Shown: in pieces, positions 62,509 through 64,000 of the stretch
Position numbering within the stretch: the first letter of the stretch is position 1
How the letters are laid out: every line of letters starts with the position of its first letter
From: Candidatus Peribacter sp. UBA6535
GTDB taxonomy: Bacteria; Patescibacteriota; Gracilibacteria; Peribacterales; Peribacteraceae
DNA length: 64,000 bases
Reading direction: 5' to 3'
NCBI GenBank assembly: GCA_002436205.1
Contig: DJKT01000001.1
Span: 4,055-68,054, forward strand
Notes under the pieces: generated by a model
Seen by the model: the letters and a program-made list of their open reading frames with translations, nothing else
Database searches by the model: none
What the model was told of the DNA's origin: nothing
Position numbers and translations under genes: made by a program

Positions 62509-62594
62509 GATTTTTTTGATAAGAAAGGGTAGACACAGACTACAAATCAATGCGTACGAAACCTATTGCAGAAAAATGTTTCGATGCTGCAATA

Positions 62595-63017
62595 TTACTC
62601 AACGGTCACACCCATGCTTCTCGCTGTCCCCGCGATAATTTCCATAGCCCCCTCTATGTCTATAGCATTGAGGTCTGGCATCTTCGCTTCGGCAATCTCT
62701 TTAAGTTGTGCTTTAGAGAGCTTTCCGACTTTATTCTTGTTTGGTTCTCCACTTCCTTTCTTTAGTTTTGCCTTCTCGATAATCATAGAAGCGGCTGGAG
62801 GCTGCTTGAGTTCAAATTCAAAACTGCGATCATCATATACTTTGATAACAATAGGAATCAGTTTTCCCTGTTGGTCTGCTGTACGCTCGTTAAATTGAGT
62901 ACAGAAAGCATTGATATCAACACCAGCTTGACCGAGTACAGGACCCAGTGGCGGCGCAGGATTTGCCTGTCCTCCACGAGCTTGTGCCTTTATAACTTTA
63001 ACAACTTCTTTTGCCAT
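62595..63017 (-). CDS. rplK: 50S ribosomal protein L11
   Basis: [39 protein letters not shown] is canonical L11. Confidence 0.96.
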   Translation of the reverse strand: MAKEVVKVIKAQARGGQANPAPPLGPVLGQAGVDINAFCTQFNERTADQQGKLIPIVIKVYDDRSFEFELKQPPAASMIIEKAKLKKGSGEPNKNKVGKLSKAQLKEIAEAKMPDLNAIDIEGAMEIIAGTARSMGVTVE

Positions 63018-63057
63018 TGCCGACGCAGTCTACGAATCAGGGGGAGCTGGGTCAACT

Positions 63058-63663
63058 CTATTCCGTCAAATCTTCAATCAAATTGAATATTGCCTCGCTA
63101 GACCCTTCTACTATGTGAAATTCATACAGCCTTTCCCGTACGCGTACAAATACGACACGCTCAGGCAGTATTCCGGTATCGAGGAAGGTAAGGAGGTTTC
63201 TGGTTGGGTGGTTTTCTCTTCGCTGTGTCTCATCTAGAAGATCTTTTACTTCTGGGGTAAAGGCAGAGTGTAGAGCCTCTTTGAGCACGAGGTAGTGCTT
63301 TTTTACATTAGGTGAACTGACCCAGCCTATAGCTCCAGCGCGATCTCCATCAATCAGGAGTGCCTTTGCCTCTAGAGAATCACTGCTATCTCGCAGCACA
63401 GGTGCGAGTATAAATTTCTCCCGCGTATCATTAAACGTAAATTGATTACTGACGAGAGTCTGTAAGATATCCGGACCAGTTGCCTTACGCACTCCGCCGT
63501 TCGGTGGGGGAGGAAGATTGGGTTGCGTTGGTTGAGCGACTACCGGATCTGCTTGAGCTATTTCTGCTTTTTCTGGAGCACCCTCAAGGAATGTTGCATC
63601 CGCAACTCCAAGGAGGAGCATAAGAGCCAGAAGACCTACGGTGACTTTAACCTTTTCGTTCAT
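63058..63663 (-). CDS. Secreted hypothetical protein
   Basis: ORF trimmed to ATG 63663 (MNEKVKVTVGLLALMLLLGVADA signal peptide). No family recognised. Confidence 0.5.
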   Translation of the reverse strand: MNEKVKVTVGLLALMLLLGVADATFLEGAPEKAEIAQADPVVAQPTQPNLPPPPNGGVRKATGPDILQTLVSNQFTFNDTREKFILAPVLRDSSDSLEAKALLIDGDRAGAIGWVSSPNVKKHYLVLKEALHSAFTPEVKDLLDETQRRENHPTRNLLTFLDTGILPERVVFVRVRERLYEFHIVEGSSEAIFNLIEDLTE

Positions 63664-63705
63664 TGGATATGATTGTACATCGTTCTCTGCTATTATCCAC
63701 CTCCC

Positions 63706-64000
63706 ATGGCTATCAAACGTCACAAGCGAAAAGAACCGGCCGTTGAGCCAACAACATCACCGAGTGAAAGTGATGCATTTGAGGTGACACTGCGCCCAAA
63801 AAAACTTTGTGACTATGTGGGACAGAGTTCCATTAAAGAACATTTGATTGTGTATATAGAAGCAGCGAAAAAAAGAAGTGAACCACTCGGGCATGCCGTA
63901 CTTCATGGACCGCCGGGGCTTGGAAAAACCACTCTCGCAAACATCATCGCACGCGAGATGGGTTCGCAGATGCGCGGGACTTCCGGCCCTGCGATAGAAA
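63706..64000 (+). CDS. ruvB: Holliday junction branch-migration helicase RuvB (5' part; runs off the window)
   Basis: Hand-translated from ATG 63706: ...[19 protein letters not shown]....[34 protein letters not shown]. The frame is open to base 64000. Confidence 0.9.
   Translation, partial: MAIKRHKRKEPAVEPTTSPSESDAFEVTLRPKKLCDYVGQSSIKEHLIVYIEAAKKRSEPLGHAVLHGPPGLGKTTLANIIAREMGSQMRGTSGPAIE

Noticed and set aside
1-64000. Alternative genetic code with UGA reassigned, as in some CPR lineages.
   Set aside because: TGA closes several well-defined genes at family-typical lengths and takes part in ATGA stop-start overlaps (for example 36261-36264, 35446-35449 and 32265-32268). No conserved protein needs read-through.

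Overview
This 64-kb chromosomal segment reads like a small-genome, CPR/Patescibacteria-type bacterium. That placement is my inference from gene content: compact housekeeping genes, many secreted Cys-rich or SLH-anchored proteins, scattered PrgI/VirB4/VirD4-like genes, and archaeal-type mevalonate genes. The standard genetic code applies, because TGA acts as stop in several ATGA stop-start overlaps. I call about 63 CDSs, including rsmI, gyrA, rpmE, hrcA, glyA, dnaX, dcd, trpS, maf, pdxST, rpsA, clpC, rplKA and a partial ruvB. I also call one tRNA-Gly(UCC), several intrinsic terminators and a CIRCE operator. I see no rRNA, CRISPR array, transposase or integrase. The main observations are as follows. 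(1) A tightly coupled minus-strand operon (37440 down to 30252) encodes IDI, UppS, mevalonate kinase, a decarboxylase, class-I HMG-CoA reductase, HMG-CoA synthase and thiolase. It ends in a fusion of the DUF35 OB-fold scaffold with a divergent guanylate-kinase-like domain, which is a candidate for the second kinase the pathway otherwise lacks. (2) A dispersed family of heptanucleotide tandem repeats sits at gene borders and inside CDSs, and near-identical elements occur in unrelated genes. (3) A GC-rich, ORF-free block of about 650 nt (8990-9650) looks like a structured RNA. (4) SLH-anchored proteins carry eukaryote-like extracellular modules (TIMP/NTR-like and VWC-like). (5) A CIRCE-hrcA operon carries a VirD4/TraD-like ATPase. 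All family assignments come from motif recognition by eye. No database search or folding program was run, and start codons are best guesses.
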